Assembly: GCA_046757665.1 (NCBI GenBank)
Contig: JBHHYO010000001.1
Location: 32,001-96,000, forward strand
Source of the DNA: Nitrospinales bacterium
GTDB taxonomy: Bacteria > Nitrospinota > Nitrospinia > Nitrospinales > JAJDAT01
Length of the DNA: 64,000 bases
Reading direction: 5' to 3'
The position numbers and the translations under genes are program-made. Shown here one piece after another: positions 45,712 through 56,644 of the stretch. Numbering within the stretch: the stretch's first letter is position 1; each line of letters begins with the position of its first letter. The notes under the pieces are model-generated. The model was not told the DNA's origin and made no database searches. It saw only the letters and a list, made by a program, of their open reading frames with translations.

Positions 45712-47359
45712 AACCCGTCCGATGGAAAACCCGTCTTCATTTGTCCGGAAACATTATCCGGTTGGCGTCTTGCTGGCGCTCTATCTGGTCACTCGGATGA
45801 TCCATTTGACCGCGCTCCCCATTTTCGGCGACGAGGCGGTTTATCTTTATTGGGCCGAACTGATCCGGGAGGATGCCGGGAATCTTTGGATTTCCCTTGA
45901 AGCCGACAACAAAAAACCTCTGTTGTTTTGGTTGCTGACGGCCGGTTTGCAAATTTTTCAGGACCCGTTATGGGCGGGCCGCATGGTCTCCGTTGCCGCG
46001 GGCGCATTCTCGCTGGTGGGAATTTATTTTGTCGGGCGCCGATTGTATTCCGTCCGGGCGGCACAAGTGACGGCTTTCCTTTACGTCGCCAGTCCGTATC
46101 ACTTGTTTTTCGACCGCATGATTTATGAGTCCAGCCTGCTCAACTGCATTTTCATCTGGACGATTTGGCTGACTCTGGCGCTCTTGCGGAAGGAAAAGCA
46201 GAAGCGCTTTTTCCATCACGGGTTGCTGGCGTTGCTGGTGGGGTTGGGGTTGCTGACTCATTCCTTCGCGGTTCTGTTTGTTCTCCTGCCTTTGTTATTC
46301 AAGGTTGTTTTTTGGCGGGAGAAGGATTTTCTGCCGTGGCGCAGTGTATTGCCCGCCTGCCTGGCGGGGATAACGATAGGCGGCGCGCCCTACGGGATTT
46401 TGTACCTCACGTCGGAAAAATTTCCCATCACCAATTATTTCATACCCACCAGGCACAGCCTGGGCCAAACGGGAGTGAGCGCGCTTTTATCCGAAATGCC
46501 CGCGAAGGTCCTTGCCGGCCTGGATGGCGTTTTAAGTTACTTCACGGGTTATTTGACCTGGCCGATTTTTTTGCCGGCGGTGGTTTTTCTGGTTTGGCGG
46601 TTCAGGACATTGGACCGTGGGCAGGCGGTTTTGGCGGCATACTTTCTTTTGCCCGTTCTTGTTGTGCTCGGCACGGCCGGCAAGGGGTTTTCAAGGTACT
46701 ATCTGTTTTGCGCGACGCCCTTGTTGTTGTGGGCCGGACAGGCCATGACGTTGTTCCGGGATTTTCTGCGGAAAAATTTCTCCGGAAAACCGGCCGGCGT
46801 TCTCCCGGCGGTCCTGGCTTGCGCGTTAATTTTCCCGGCGGCGCGATTCGATTATTATCTGCTCACGCGGCCGGAAAAAGCGCTGCTCCCCGATATCGAC
46901 CGGTACCAGTACATCCGTAGCCGGTTCTCCGGATACGGGATACCCGAGGCGGTGCGCTTTTTCCGCGACGCGGCCCGGAACAAAAAAATCGTTATTTTCA
47001 CTTCCGTGGCCTGGGGCAACCCCGCGGACGCAATGCGTGTTTACTTGCGCGGCCATCCCAATATAGAAATTTACATGGCGTACTGGATGTACGAGAAGCC
47101 CATGTTGCCGCGGCGGGTCGAGACGATTTTTCCGCGGCAACCGTATACCGCAAAACCGTTGCGGAAAATCCAGACCGCCGATTTGCGCGAGGTGTATTTT
47201 GTCTGGCGAACCTCGCCGAAATTTTCCCGCAAGGAGTTTCTGGCGGTAAACCCGGATTTCCGCATGATCCGGGCGTTCCGGAAACCCGGCAGTACGGTCT
47301 TCGTGGAAATCTACAAGTGGCGGTCACCCCGGACGCCGCGAAAAAACGGCAAGCCGTAA
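45701..47359 (+). CDS. ArnT/PMT-like (GT-C) membrane glycosyltransferase
   Basis: PIFGDEAVY, KKPLLFW, GRMVSV, many TM helices; start 45701 or 45722. Confidence 0.8.
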   Translation: MNPETRPMENPSSFVRKHYPVGVLLALYLVTRMIHLTALPIFGDEAVYLYWAELIREDAGNLWISLEADNKKPLLFWLLTAGLQIFQDPLWAGRMVSVAAGAFSLVGIYFVGRRLYSVRAAQVTAFLYVASPYHLFFDRMIYESSLLNCIFIWTIWLTLALLRKEKQKRFFHHGLLALLVGLGLLTHSFAVLFVLLPLLFKVVFWREKDFLPWRSVLPACLAGITIGGAPYGILYLTSEKFPITNYFIPTRHSLGQTGVSALLSEMPAKVLAGLDGVLSYFTGYLTWPIFLPAVVFLVWRFRTLDRGQAVLAAYFLLPVLVVLGTAGKGFSRYYLFCATPLLLWAGQAMTLFRDFLRKNFSGKPAGVLPAVLACALIFPAARFDYYLLTRPEKALLPDIDRYQYIRSRFSGYGIPEAVRFFRDAARNKKIVIFTSVAWGNPADAMRVYLRGHPNIEIYMAYWMYEKPMLPRRVETIFPRQPYTAKPLRKIQTADLREVYFVWRTSPKFSRKEFLAVNPDFRMIRAFRKPGSTVFVEIYKWRSPRTPRKNGKP

Positions 47360-47389
47360 GTCCCACCCGCGATTCCCCGCCGCCGGCAG

Positions 47390-48082
47390 TCAGACGATTT
47401 CAAGCGAGACGCGGTTTTTATTTTTAAATTTGTTGTAGATCGTCGGGATCAGGGCGAAGAGGCCGAGCAGGGCGAAAGCCCCGAGAACGCCGGGCGAGGC
47501 AATGTCCTTCAACGATTCGATGGAAGCCAGGTTGCTACCCGCGTTGGCGTAAACGAAGGTGCCGGGCAGGGTGCCGAACATCGTCCCGAAAAAATATACG
47601 CCCAGGCGCACCCGGGTCAGGCCGGAAACCAGGTTGATCAGGAAAAAGGGGAAGAGGGGGACCAGGCGCAGGAACAGAATATAGTTGAGGGCGTTTTTGG
47701 AAAACCCCTCGTTGAACGGCTGAAGCTTGTCGCCGAATTTTTTTTCCACCCAGTCGCGTAGCAGGAACCGCGCCACCAGAAAGGCCAGCGTTGCGCCCGC
47801 CGTTGCGCCTACGTTGACGATCAGCGTTCCCTGGAACGCGCCGAAAACCGCGCCGCCGGAAAGCGTGAGAATCGTCGCCCCCGGCAGGGAGAAAGCGACC
47901 GTCAGGATGTAAACGCCGATGAATCCAAAAATCATCGGCCACCGGTGGCTCTGGTAGTATTCGTCCAGCCGGTTCTTGTTTTCCTTGAGGCTTTCCAGGG
48001 AAAGGTACTGCCCCAGGTCGTAATAAAAAAACAGTACGACCACCACCGCGACCAGGGCCAGCAACGACAATTTTTTGGTCAC
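47390..48082 (-). CDS. TVP38/TMEM64 (DedA superfamily) membrane protein
   Basis: SLPGATILTLSGGAVFG, LRLVPLFPFFLIN, GTLPGT. Confidence 0.9.
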   Translation of the reverse strand: MTKKLSLLALVAVVVVLFFYYDLGQYLSLESLKENKNRLDEYYQSHRWPMIFGFIGVYILTVAFSLPGATILTLSGGAVFGAFQGTLIVNVGATAGATLAFLVARFLLRDWVEKKFGDKLQPFNEGFSKNALNYILFLRLVPLFPFFLINLVSGLTRVRLGVYFFGTMFGTLPGTFVYANAGSNLASIESLKDIASPGVLGAFALLGLFALIPTIYNKFKNKNRVSLEIV

Positions 48083-49002
48083 GACCGTCCTCCCTTGAAA
48101 ACCTCCGTATCGGGATGAAAGGAGTACCAGGCGAACCAGAAACCCACCACGGACGGCAGTTCCTTGCCCGCGCGATCCCGGATCACGGCGGTTTGCGACG
48201 AGTTGTCGTAAAAAATGTTCACGGGCACCCCGCCGACGGTGTCCTTCACCATCGGTTTGCTCTTGGCCAATTCCGAAAACGGGTAGGCCTTGGTTTTGCC
48301 GCCGATTTCGATTCCGACCACTCTTTCCTTGGGGTGGTAAAGGTTACTGCGGTTATTGACGGAAAACATGATGTCGGGGCTGGTGTAGTAGCCTTCGTAG
48401 GGGTCGCGGTAATAGTTGCGCCGGTAACCGGTGTCGGTTGACAGGATCAGGGAGTCGGGGTGTTTTTTTCTCCATGCTCCCCAGGTCGTGTAGGAGGAGG
48501 GCAGGAGCACCAGCCGGGTGTCGGTCATCTTCCCGGTCACCGCCTGCGATTTGATCTGCGACCAAAGGCTTTCGGTTTGATGGTCATAGAGCAGAACGTC
48601 GCTCTGGTAGAGCAGTCCGGACACGCCGAACGTCATTTGGCGGCCCTTGATCGTCGCGTCAAAAACCATTCCGGTTCCGCACAGGGGGCAGAAGGAGATG
48701 ACCACGGCTTGCCCGCCGACCCGGTCGTTGACGATTTCGTGCCAGTTGAGGATTTTGATGGGGTAGGCCTTGGCCTGTCCGTTCAAAAACAGTCCCAGAA
48801 CGCGGTCGCTGTCTTTCAGGTGTTCCGTTTCAGCTTCCGCCGCGGCGATGAATTTGGGTTTCAGCAATGCGGGAATGCCGTCCTTGGGCGGTCCGCCGCT
48901 GTGTATCTCGTCCAGGGGAATGTTATGCCTGGACTTGTCGAATCCCGTGGAAAAAATCATCATGGAAACGGCCAGCAAGAGCGCAAGCAATTTGGTATTC
49001 AT
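48079..49002 (-). CDS. DUF3179-family exported protein
   Basis: Signal peptide, [59 protein letters not shown]. Confidence 0.85.
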   Translation of the reverse strand: MNTKLLALLLAVSMMIFSTGFDKSRHNIPLDEIHSGGPPKDGIPALLKPKFIAAAEAETEHLKDSDRVLGLFLNGQAKAYPIKILNWHEIVNDRVGGQAVVISFCPLCGTGMVFDATIKGRQMTFGVSGLLYQSDVLLYDHQTESLWSQIKSQAVTGKMTDTRLVLLPSSYTTWGAWRKKHPDSLILSTDTGYRRNYYRDPYEGYYTSPDIMFSVNNRSNLYHPKERVVGIEIGGKTKAYPFSELAKSKPMVKDTVGGVPVNIFYDNSSQTAVIRDRAGKELPSVVGFWFAWYSFHPDTEVFKGGRS

Positions 49003-49144
49003 GGTGTTCCGACTCCTTTTTGTTGGGGCTCCTGCTTGGTCGGGGTCCGCCGTCCATTCCTTACAGACATGCGGTTCTCCTTCGCGTTGGCGGAGAATGT
49101 CCAAACAACTTTATGTTTTTCCTGGATTATTATATAATTTTTCC

Positions 49145-51331
49145 ATGCGAAACATGTCAGGGAAATCCCGGTTAGTTATAATCTGGGGCGCGGTTCTTCT
49201 TCTGTTGTTGGCGCCGCCCCTGGTTCTTCCGTTGAAGCCGGGCCTTGCGCCCTGGGCAGACACCGCCACGGAAGCGAACACCGCTCCGCCACCGGTACGC
49301 AAGCATTATAACAGGCTGGCCGCGGAAAAAAGCCCCTATCTGTTGCAACATGCCGACAACCCCATCTTCTGGTATCCCTGGGGCGAGGCGGCTTTTAAGG
49401 CCGCGCGCGAAGAGGACAAGCCCATCTTTCTCAGCATCGGTTATTCCACCTGCCACTGGTGCCACGTCCTGGAAAAAGAGTCGTTTGAAGACCGGCAAGT
49501 GGCGGATGTGCTGAACGAGGGTTTCATCTGCATCAAAGTGGACCGGGAAGAACATCCGGATGTGGACAAAATTTACATGGATGCCGTTCAGGCAATGACC
49601 GGAAGCGGCGGCTGGCCGTTGACGGTGGTGATGGGTCCCGACCTGATGCCGTTTTTCGGCGGCACATATTTCCCCAAGGAGGACCTGATTCAAATCCTGC
49701 AAACCTTGAACGTTGCCTGGCAGAAGGACAGGGTAAAGATCGCGGCTATCGGCAAAAAAGTTCAGAGCTATTTGAATTCGCGGAATGTTTTATCCGCCGG
49801 ATCGATAACGCTGGACGAGGGTGTGTTGAAACAAGCCTATCGGCGGATGCTCGCCCGATTCGATCCCGAGTACGGCGGATTCGGGCACAGGCCCAAATTC
49901 CCTCCCACCATGAAACTGGGCCTGCTTGGCCGTATCGCCCGCCGCTCCGGCGAACCCAAAGCCTTGAAGATGGTGGCCGAGACGTTGGAATACATGGCGC
50001 GCGGCGGCATGTACGATCATCTCGGCGGCGGGTTCCACCGCTATTCCACCGACCGGGAATGGCTGACGCCGCATTTCGAAAAAATGCTTTACGATCAGGC
50101 GGCGCTGGCCAGAGTATATCTGGAGGGTTTTCAATTGACCGGAAACCCGATGTTCGAGCAAGTGGCGCGTGGCGTTCTGGATTATGTGCTCAGGGATATG
50201 ACCGGGCCGCAGGGCCAGTTCTATTCGGCGGAGGACGCGGACAGCGAAGGCGTGGAAGGCAAGTTTTACGTTTGGTCCCTTCAGGAGTTGAAGAAGCATT
50301 TGAGCGAATCGGAATACCGGCGGTTCGCGGCCGTTTATGACGTTTCCGGCGAAGGAAATTTCGATCTCCCCGGACAGTCCGCGGCCAACATTTTGGCCCT
50401 GAAGCAAGACGCGGACTGGCAGGCCAGGCAGGCGCTGGCATCCATCCGGCGCAAGCTGTTGCAAATCAGAAACCGCCGCGTTCATCCCTTCAAGGACGAT
50501 AAAACCATAACCGCCTGGAATGGGTTGATGCTGGGGTCCCTGGCCAAGGCCTACCAGGTTCTGGGCGACGAGAAATACCTGAAAGCCGCGCGCCGCGCCG
50601 CGCGGTTCCTGCAAACCCACCTGTACCGTAGCGGCAAGTTACTGCGCCGCTACCGCCAGGGCGACGCCGAATACCCGGGAACCCTGGACGACTACGCTTA
50701 TCTCGTTCAAGGTCTGCTCACTCTTTACGAAGCGGATTTCGACGCCGCCTGGTTCCGCTGGGCGCGCGAACTGCAAGCCAAACAGGATGAGTTACTTTGG
50801 GACGGCGACGGGTGGGGATACTTTTTTTCCGAGGCCGATTCCAATTTCCTGCCCCTGCGAAAAAAAGAGTTTCACGATAACGCCCGCCCCAGCGGCAACG
50901 GCGTAGCGGTTTTGAATCTCCTGCGCCTTTACAACTTCACCCTGGACGGGAGTTATAAAACCAAGGCGCAAAATGTCTTGAAAGGGATTGGCGAACGCCT
51001 GACGCGGTTTCCCAACGGCTATTCGCAAATGTTGATCGCGCTGGATTTTTATCTGGACCGCGCCAAGCAGGTCGCCGTGGTCGGCGACGCGCGCTCTCCG
51101 GCCAACAAGACCATTCTGCGGGCGTTTCAGACCCGGTTCCTGCCGAACAAAATTCTTGCCTTCAAATCCTCCTCCGACTCCGCGGCGGCACTGCCTGTCC
51201 TGAAAGACAAGGTCACCGCCCAGGGCAAAACCACCGTGTACGTCTGCGAGGAAAACGTCTGCAAATACCCGACCAGCGACCTGGACAAGGCCATCGCCCT
51301 TGCCGACGACCCCAGACATTATAAGCTTTAG
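49145..51331 (+). CDS. YyaL/SSP411-like thioredoxin-domain protein (DUF255) with N-terminal membrane anchor or signal
   Basis: [56 protein letters not shown]. Confidence 0.9.
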   Translation: MRNMSGKSRLVIIWGAVLLLLLAPPLVLPLKPGLAPWADTATEANTAPPPVRKHYNRLAAEKSPYLLQHADNPIFWYPWGEAAFKAAREEDKPIFLSIGYSTCHWCHVLEKESFEDRQVADVLNEGFICIKVDREEHPDVDKIYMDAVQAMTGSGGWPLTVVMGPDLMPFFGGTYFPKEDLIQILQTLNVAWQKDRVKIAAIGKKVQSYLNSRNVLSAGSITLDEGVLKQAYRRMLARFDPEYGGFGHRPKFPPTMKLGLLGRIARRSGEPKALKMVAETLEYMARGGMYDHLGGGFHRYSTDREWLTPHFEKMLYDQAALARVYLEGFQLTGNPMFEQVARGVLDYVLRDMTGPQGQFYSAEDADSEGVEGKFYVWSLQELKKHLSESEYRRFAAVYDVSGEGNFDLPGQSAANILALKQDADWQARQALASIRRKLLQIRNRRVHPFKDDKTITAWNGLMLGSLAKAYQVLGDEKYLKAARRAARFLQTHLYRSGKLLRRYRQGDAEYPGTLDDYAYLVQGLLTLYEADFDAAWFRWARELQAKQDELLWDGDGWGYFFSEADSNFLPLRKKEFHDNARPSGNGVAVLNLLRLYNFTLDGSYKTKAQNVLKGIGERLTRFPNGYSQMLIALDFYLDRAKQVAVVGDARSPANKTILRAFQTRFLPNKILAFKSSSDSAAALPVLKDKVTAQGKTTVYVCEENVCKYPTSDLDKAIALADDPRHYKL

Positions 51332-51348
51332 CTAAAAACGGACAAACT

Positions 51349-51357
51349 TGTTATAAT
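51349..51357 (+). promoter_or_regulatory. Candidate extended -10 promoter
   Basis: TGTTATAAT followed by RBS AAGGAG before the 51384 GTG. Confidence 0.45.
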
Positions 51358-51383
51358 AAATTTTTCCTTGCAAGGAGTATGTT

Positions 51384-52223
51384 GTGGAAACAGCCAAACT
51401 GGGTGAACATTCGACCGCTTTTGAGGAAAACGTTTCCTCACTCGAGCCATTCCTCAAAATCATTCGTCCCCGTCATGACGCATTGATGGAGCATCCCGTC
51501 TATTCTCAAGTTGCGGATGTTGCCTCACTGCGGCTGTTCATGGAGTCGCATGTGTTTGCGGTGTGGGATTTCATGGCGCTTCTCAAGACGTTGCAGAAGC
51601 GGTTGACGTGTGTCGATGCGCTTTGGCTACCGCCCAAGGATACGGATTCGGCGCGATTGGTGAACGAGATTGTTTTGGCCGAGGAGACGGACGAAGTTCA
51701 GGCCGGGAGTTATTTCAGCCATTTCGGGCTTTATCTGTCGGCAATGCGGGAAGTCGGCGCCAACACCCGGCCCGCCTTGAGTTTTATTGATGCCTTGACG
51801 GGGGGGATCATTCCCGAGGTGGCCATGATGCCCCTTGCGGTTTCCCAATCGACACGGGACTTTGTCAATTCCACCCTGGAGATCGCCGGCAGGTCGAGCC
51901 ATGAAGTGGCCGCGGCTTTTCTGTTTGGCCGGGAGGAAATTACGGGTCCGATGTTCCGGCAGATTTTGCGGAAACTGGAAGAGTTCCGTGGCCAGCCCTG
52001 TCCCGCGTTTCGCCTGTATCTGCGCCGCCATATCCACCTCGATGAAACACAGCACGTGCCGATGGGGAGAAAGTTACTGGAAAACCTCTGCAAACACGAT
52101 CCGATGAAGTGGCGGGAATCCCTGGCCGCCGCCCTAGCCGCCCTGGAAGCGCGCCGCCGTTTGTGGGACGGCGTGGTCCGCTCCATAGCCGAACGGGAGC
52201 GCGGCGGGGGTGATAACGATTGA
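51384..52223 (+). CDS. DUF3050 family, heme-oxygenase-like helical protein
   Basis: HVFAVWDFMALLKTLQ, NEIVLAEETD, SHF, FGRE, RHIHLDETQH. Confidence 0.8.
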   Translation: METAKLGEHSTAFEENVSSLEPFLKIIRPRHDALMEHPVYSQVADVASLRLFMESHVFAVWDFMALLKTLQKRLTCVDALWLPPKDTDSARLVNEIVLAEETDEVQAGSYFSHFGLYLSAMREVGANTRPALSFIDALTGGIIPEVAMMPLAVSQSTRDFVNSTLEIAGRSSHEVAAAFLFGREEITGPMFRQILRKLEEFRGQPCPAFRLYLRRHIHLDETQHVPMGRKLLENLCKHDPMKWRESLAAALAALEARRRLWDGVVRSIAERERGGGDND

Positions 52224-52281
52224 GCGGCTTTCCCTTGCCTTTTAGGGAGCACACCCCCCCACCCGGCCAAAGAGAACCGAC

Positions 52282-54192
52282 ATGCCGTTTAAACTGATAG
52301 GCGCTCTTTACTTTTTTTGCTTGCTGGAAAATTTTCTCATCCGCACCGTCCTGACCGTCAAGGAGTTCGGCCTCCTGGACAAGCCCATCGCGGACATCCC
52401 CAGAATTTATCTTGTCGGTTTCTATTACGATTCCCTGTGTTTCAGCTACATTCTGATCCCCATCGTTTTATACCTGGCGCTTCTTCCAAAAGCCGTTTTG
52501 AATTCGAGAATTCATAAACGGGCGGTGCAGGTTTTTTTCTTTTTGTTGATCGCCTTGTTTTCTTTTCAAGCCCACGCGGAATGGTTTTTCTGGAATGAAT
52601 TTACCAACCGATTCAATTTCATTGCCGTCGATTACCTGGTTTATACGACGGAAGTGGTCGGCAATATTGTGGAATCCTATCCCATGCACTGGGTGTGGAC
52701 CTCGGTGTTGCTGTCCTCCGCGCTGATTTATTTTTTGGGAAGAAAAACCATCGCCGCGGCGGCGGATGTTTCCATCCGGGCCGGCTTGGCGCGCCGCTCT
52801 GCGGCGGGGTGTTCGCTCTTGTTGCTCCCGGCGCTTGCCTGGTTTGTTTTGGGCGGTTTTTTGCGGGACGTTTCCCCGAACCGCGTGGTTGACCAGTTGG
52901 CCAAAAACGGATTGTATGAAGGGTTTTCCGCGTTTCGCAATAATGAGCTGGACTACTACACGTTTTACAAGACCTTCGACGACCGGGTCGTCATGGATGT
53001 CATGAAAAAAGAATTGAGCGCCGAAAACAGCCGGTTCATCGCCGATGCGCCCGTCCCCCTTGCCCGGCTCATTTCCAATCCGGGGCCGGAGCACAGATAT
53101 AACGTCGTGATGATTGTTGTCGAAAGCCTGAGCGCCAGGTTTCTGGGTGTTTTCGGCGGCCCGTTTCATATAACGCCCTACCTGGACCGTATCGCGGGGC
53201 AGTCGTTGTTGTTCACCAACTTCTATGCAACCGGCAACAGGACGGTGCGTGGACTGGAAGCCCTTATGTTGTCGGTTCCGCCCACTCCCGGCCACTCGAT
53301 TTTGAAGCGCCCCGACAGCGAACACCTGTTCACCATGGGGCCGCTGTTTGCGCGCCGGGGATACGACAACAAATTCCTCTACGGCGGGTACGGCTATTTT
53401 GACAACATGAATTATTTTTTCGAACACAACGGGTTTCAAAAAATAGACCGAACGGATTTGAAGCGGAGCGAAATCGATTTCGCCAACGTCTGGGGCGTGG
53501 CCGATGAAAATATATTGCAAAAGTCGCTGAAGGAGGCGGACAAGTCTTACGCCCAGGGACGGCCGTTTTTCCATTTTGTCTTGACCACGTCCAACCATCT
53601 TCCCTTCACGTTTCCGGAGGGGCGGATCGACGTGCCCTCCAAATCCGGAGCAGTCGGGGGAATAAAGTATACGGATTATGCAATCGGCACATTCCTGGAG
53701 CGGGCCGCCGAAAAACCGTGGTTCGACAATACTATTTTCGTTGTCGTCGCCGATCATTGCATGGGTGGCAAGGGAAAGACCCATATTCCCATCCCCAATT
53801 ACCATATCCCGCTGATCATCTACGCCCCAAAAATCGTCAAACCCGGAATCATCGACAAACTGGCCAGCCAGATGGATGTCGCCCCGACCCTGCTGGGCCT
53901 GCTCCATTTCACCTATAAAAGCAAGTTTCTCGGCAAGGATATTCTGAAAATGAAAAAGAGCGAGGAACGGGCCCTGCTTGGCACCCACGAAAACCTTGGT
54001 TTTCTTAGAGACGGAACGCTGGTTACCCTGTCGCCGAAAAATAAGGTGGAGTACTTCGCGTTCAATCCAAAAGACCGAACGATGCAGGCCGCCGCGCCGG
54101 ACACGCGGAAGTTGAAGAAAGCCGTCGGTTATTACCAGTACGCCAGTTACCTGCTGACCCGTAACCTTTACAAGCGTTATGACCGTTCCTGA
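52282..54192 (+). CDS. LTA-synthase (LtaS/MdoB-like) phosphoglycerol-transferase/sulfatase-fold membrane protein
   Basis: About 5 N-terminal TMs; VESL, GNRTVRGLEA (Thr nucleophile), TTSNHLPF, VADH, ASQMDVAPT. Confidence 0.88.
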   Translation: MPFKLIGALYFFCLLENFLIRTVLTVKEFGLLDKPIADIPRIYLVGFYYDSLCFSYILIPIVLYLALLPKAVLNSRIHKRAVQVFFFLLIALFSFQAHAEWFFWNEFTNRFNFIAVDYLVYTTEVVGNIVESYPMHWVWTSVLLSSALIYFLGRKTIAAAADVSIRAGLARRSAAGCSLLLLPALAWFVLGGFLRDVSPNRVVDQLAKNGLYEGFSAFRNNELDYYTFYKTFDDRVVMDVMKKELSAENSRFIADAPVPLARLISNPGPEHRYNVVMIVVESLSARFLGVFGGPFHITPYLDRIAGQSLLFTNFYATGNRTVRGLEALMLSVPPTPGHSILKRPDSEHLFTMGPLFARRGYDNKFLYGGYGYFDNMNYFFEHNGFQKIDRTDLKRSEIDFANVWGVADENILQKSLKEADKSYAQGRPFFHFVLTTSNHLPFTFPEGRIDVPSKSGAVGGIKYTDYAIGTFLERAAEKPWFDNTIFVVVADHCMGGKGKTHIPIPNYHIPLIIYAPKIVKPGIIDKLASQMDVAPTLLGLLHFTYKSKFLGKDILKMKKSEERALLGTHENLGFLRDGTLVTLSPKNKVEYFAFNPKDRTMQAAAPDTRKLKKAVGYYQYASYLLTRNLYKRYDRS

Positions 54193-55064
54193 GGCATGAT
54201 AAGTTGAATCCGGTGAGGCGAAACGGTGACGGTCGCCGGCAGGGAGCCGGCACTGTCGCCGTCGGCTTGAACGGGTTCGGACCGCCCGCTGGTTATCGCA
54301 ATGCGTTGTGCCCCGGAAATTTGCTTTCCGGGGCTTTGCCGGCCCAGGCCGAGAGCTACGAGGCCGCGGATGACGCCAGCCCGGCTCTCACCGCCGAACA
54401 GGGAAACGACAAAGCCCGGCTGTTGCAGATCGGCTGACGGAGCCTGTAAAAATTTTCCGCCGTAATACCGGCCGTTTGAGATGACGGCCCACGCCGCCCG
54501 GTATTCGGAACCGTCGATTGTTACCGTGAGGCTCGGCGGCGGTCGTTCCAGCAGATGCTTCAGCGCCAGGATCAAATATGCGCCCTTGCCGAAACGTTTC
54601 TTGAGCCGGGGCGGAACGCCGGCGACGGCGCGGGCGTCAAATCCGGCGCTGGCCATCAAGAGGAAAACACGGCCATTGAGGTCTCCCAAATGAATGGGCT
54701 GTGCGGCGCCGAAAGCAATGGCGTGGGCGGCGCATTCGGGCGTTGGCTCAAGGCCGATTTCGGCGGCCAGGACGTTTGCCGTGCCGACAGGAATGATGCC
54801 CAGTGGCACGGACTCGCCGAGGAGGCCGTTGGCCGCTTCACGAATGGTCCCGTCGCCGCCCGCCGCGATGACGGCCTCGCAGGCGCCGCTTCTTGCGGCG
54901 TCCCGGGCCAGACTTTCCCCGTCGCCGGGCCGCCCGGTCTCCCGCACCTCAAGGCGCATTCCGAAGTCTTCCAGTTTACGGATCGTCGATTGAAGAACCC
55001 CCCCCTTTTGCCCCGCGGCGGGATTATGAATGATGCAGACCCGCTGTCGAAGCATAACCGTCAT
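54177..55064 (-). CDS. Diacylglycerol-kinase (YegS/DgkB)-family lipid kinase
   Basis: IIHNPAAG, AGGDGT, IPVGTANVLA, SAGFDA, NGRYYGG, QADGD; ATG 55064 overlaps the upstream stop. Confidence 0.9.
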   Translation of the reverse strand: MTVMLRQRVCIIHNPAAGQKGGVLQSTIRKLEDFGMRLEVRETGRPGDGESLARDAARSGACEAVIAAGGDGTIREAANGLLGESVPLGIIPVGTANVLAAEIGLEPTPECAAHAIAFGAAQPIHLGDLNGRVFLLMASAGFDARAVAGVPPRLKKRFGKGAYLILALKHLLERPPPSLTVTIDGSEYRAAWAVISNGRYYGGKFLQAPSADLQQPGFVVSLFGGESRAGVIRGLVALGLGRQSPGKQISGAQRIAITSGRSEPVQADGDSAGSLPATVTVSPHRIQLIMPQERS

Positions 55065-56644
55065 GCCGGCGGGTCGGCAAGGATTTGCCGGACGCGCGCG
55101 GCGCGTTGGTGGTCCTTGAGTTTCAAGTAAAGCTTTTCGGCTTTCTTGAGGTGGAATGCAGACTTTTCCGGGTCGGGGATTTTGCCGTGGTATAAAATGC
55201 CCAGCATGTAATGGGCGTCGGCGAAGTCGGGCTTGATGCGTATGGCCTCTTCCAGGGTCCGGCAGGCCTCCGGATACCTCAACATGTCGAAATAAGCCAT
55301 AGCCAGCGAGTAATTGGCTTGCAACGAATCGGGTTTCAGGGCGACGGCTTGCTTTAAAACTTCGGCGGCTTTCTCCAGTTGCGAGGACGCGCGGTAGGCA
55401 AGGCCGAGGTAATAAAAAACGACGTGGTTCCTCGGATCCACCTCCATGGCTTCGCGCAGAGTGGTTATGGCGTCGCCGATTTCGTTTTGTTTCAGGTAGG
55501 ACGCTCCCAGCGCGGTGTAGGCGTGGATGAAATCCGGTTTGATCCGGATAGCTTCCCGCAAGGCCCCGATAGCTTTGTCGATCCGGGGAACGCCCATGTC
55601 CTCCAGACTGCCGTAGGCGATGCCCATGTTGTACAAGGCGTCCGGGAAACGGGGCTTGTGATGAACGGCTTCGCGGTAGGCGTCGACGGCGCCCTGGTAG
55701 CGCCCGAGGCGTTGCAGGCGCAGTCCCTCCTTCAGCCAGGTTTCGGCGATTTTTTCCTTGTCGGCAGACTCGTTGGCGGGTCGCAGGATTTGGTGGGCGA
55801 GACTGGCGCGGGGCAGATTGTTTTGCGTGACGAAAAATTTTTCGGCGCGCGCCAGGTACTTGGCGGCCCGTTTCGGGTTGCGCAGTTTTTTGATGTGCAG
55901 GGCGCCCAACTGGTAATACGCGCCGGCAAAGTCGGGTTTGGCGCTCACCGCTTCCTTGAAAGCCTGGCGCGCCGCGGCATGTAGGCCGAACTCGTTGTAG
56001 GCGTTGCCCAGCATGTAACAGGCATGGGCCAGGCAACGGTTTTTCCGGGTCTCCTCGTCGTGGCTGGGGATGGCGGGGTAGCGCCCCAGACGGTCGAGAA
56101 CCAGTGTCAGCCAATGGTGCGCCAGGGCAAAGTCGGGGCTGATCGACACGGCTTGCTTGAAGGCGGCAAAAGCTTTCTTGTTTTTTCCGCTTCGCCAATA
56201 AGCGATACCCAGGTTGCAGTAAATCCGCGGGCAGTTGGGGTTGAGTCCGGCGGCCTTTTTATAATGCTCGATCTCTTCCTTGTGATTGCCCAGCGAGCCG
56301 CGGACAAAGCCTAAAAGATGCTGGGCGGGGTACGCCCGCGGGTCTTCCCGCAGGGCTTTTTCAAAAACCGCGGCGGCCTCCCGATTCCGGTTCTGAATGC
56401 AAAGCAGTATGCCTTCCTTGAACGTTTTCGGGTCGCGCCAGGGAAAGGGGAACATGTTTTTGAGGGTGTCCGCCAGCCGGAGGTCCGCTGTGTCCAATTC
56501 CGGGGTGCCGCCGGTTTTCGGACTTGCCGCTGGCCGGGTCTCTTGCAGTTCGGCGATCTTCCTCGCCATGGCCGGGTTTTTGTGCTTCAAGTCCTCGCCC
56601 AGCGTGGACAACGGGCCGCCGTCTCTGGCTTTCTTGCTTCGCAT
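55061..56644 (-). CDS. Tetratricopeptide-repeat protein
   Basis: About 10 TPR units (e.g. PDALYNMGIAY, IKPDFADAHYMLG); TGATG overlap with pstB. Confidence 0.85.
   Translation of the reverse strand: MRSKKARDGGPLSTLGEDLKHKNPAMARKIAELQETRPAASPKTGGTPELDTADLRLADTLKNMFPFPWRDPKTFKEGILLCIQNRNREAAAVFEKALREDPRAYPAQHLLGFVRGSLGNHKEEIEHYKKAAGLNPNCPRIYCNLGIAYWRSGKNKKAFAAFKQAVSISPDFALAHHWLTLVLDRLGRYPAIPSHDEETRKNRCLAHACYMLGNAYNEFGLHAAARQAFKEAVSAKPDFAGAYYQLGALHIKKLRNPKRAAKYLARAEKFFVTQNNLPRASLAHQILRPANESADKEKIAETWLKEGLRLQRLGRYQGAVDAYREAVHHKPRFPDALYNMGIAYGSLEDMGVPRIDKAIGALREAIRIKPDFIHAYTALGASYLKQNEIGDAITTLREAMEVDPRNHVVFYYLGLAYRASSQLEKAAEVLKQAVALKPDSLQANYSLAMAYFDMLRYPEACRTLEEAIRIKPDFADAHYMLGILYHGKIPDPEKSAFHLKKAEKLYLKLKDHQRAARVRQILADPPA

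Noticed and set aside
48079-49002. Selenocysteine readthrough in DUF3179
   Set aside because: The motif is CPLC with ordinary Cys codons and there is no in-frame TGA.
48770-49144. 125-aa N-terminal extension on the YyaL-like ORF
   Set aside because: Overlaps the opposite-strand DUF3179 gene and the AT-rich promoter region.
54177-56198. 673-aa ORF suggesting a long N-terminal extension on the lipid kinase
   Set aside because: The first ~378 codons overlap the TPR gene in another frame and are R/P-rich junk; the real start is ATG 55064.
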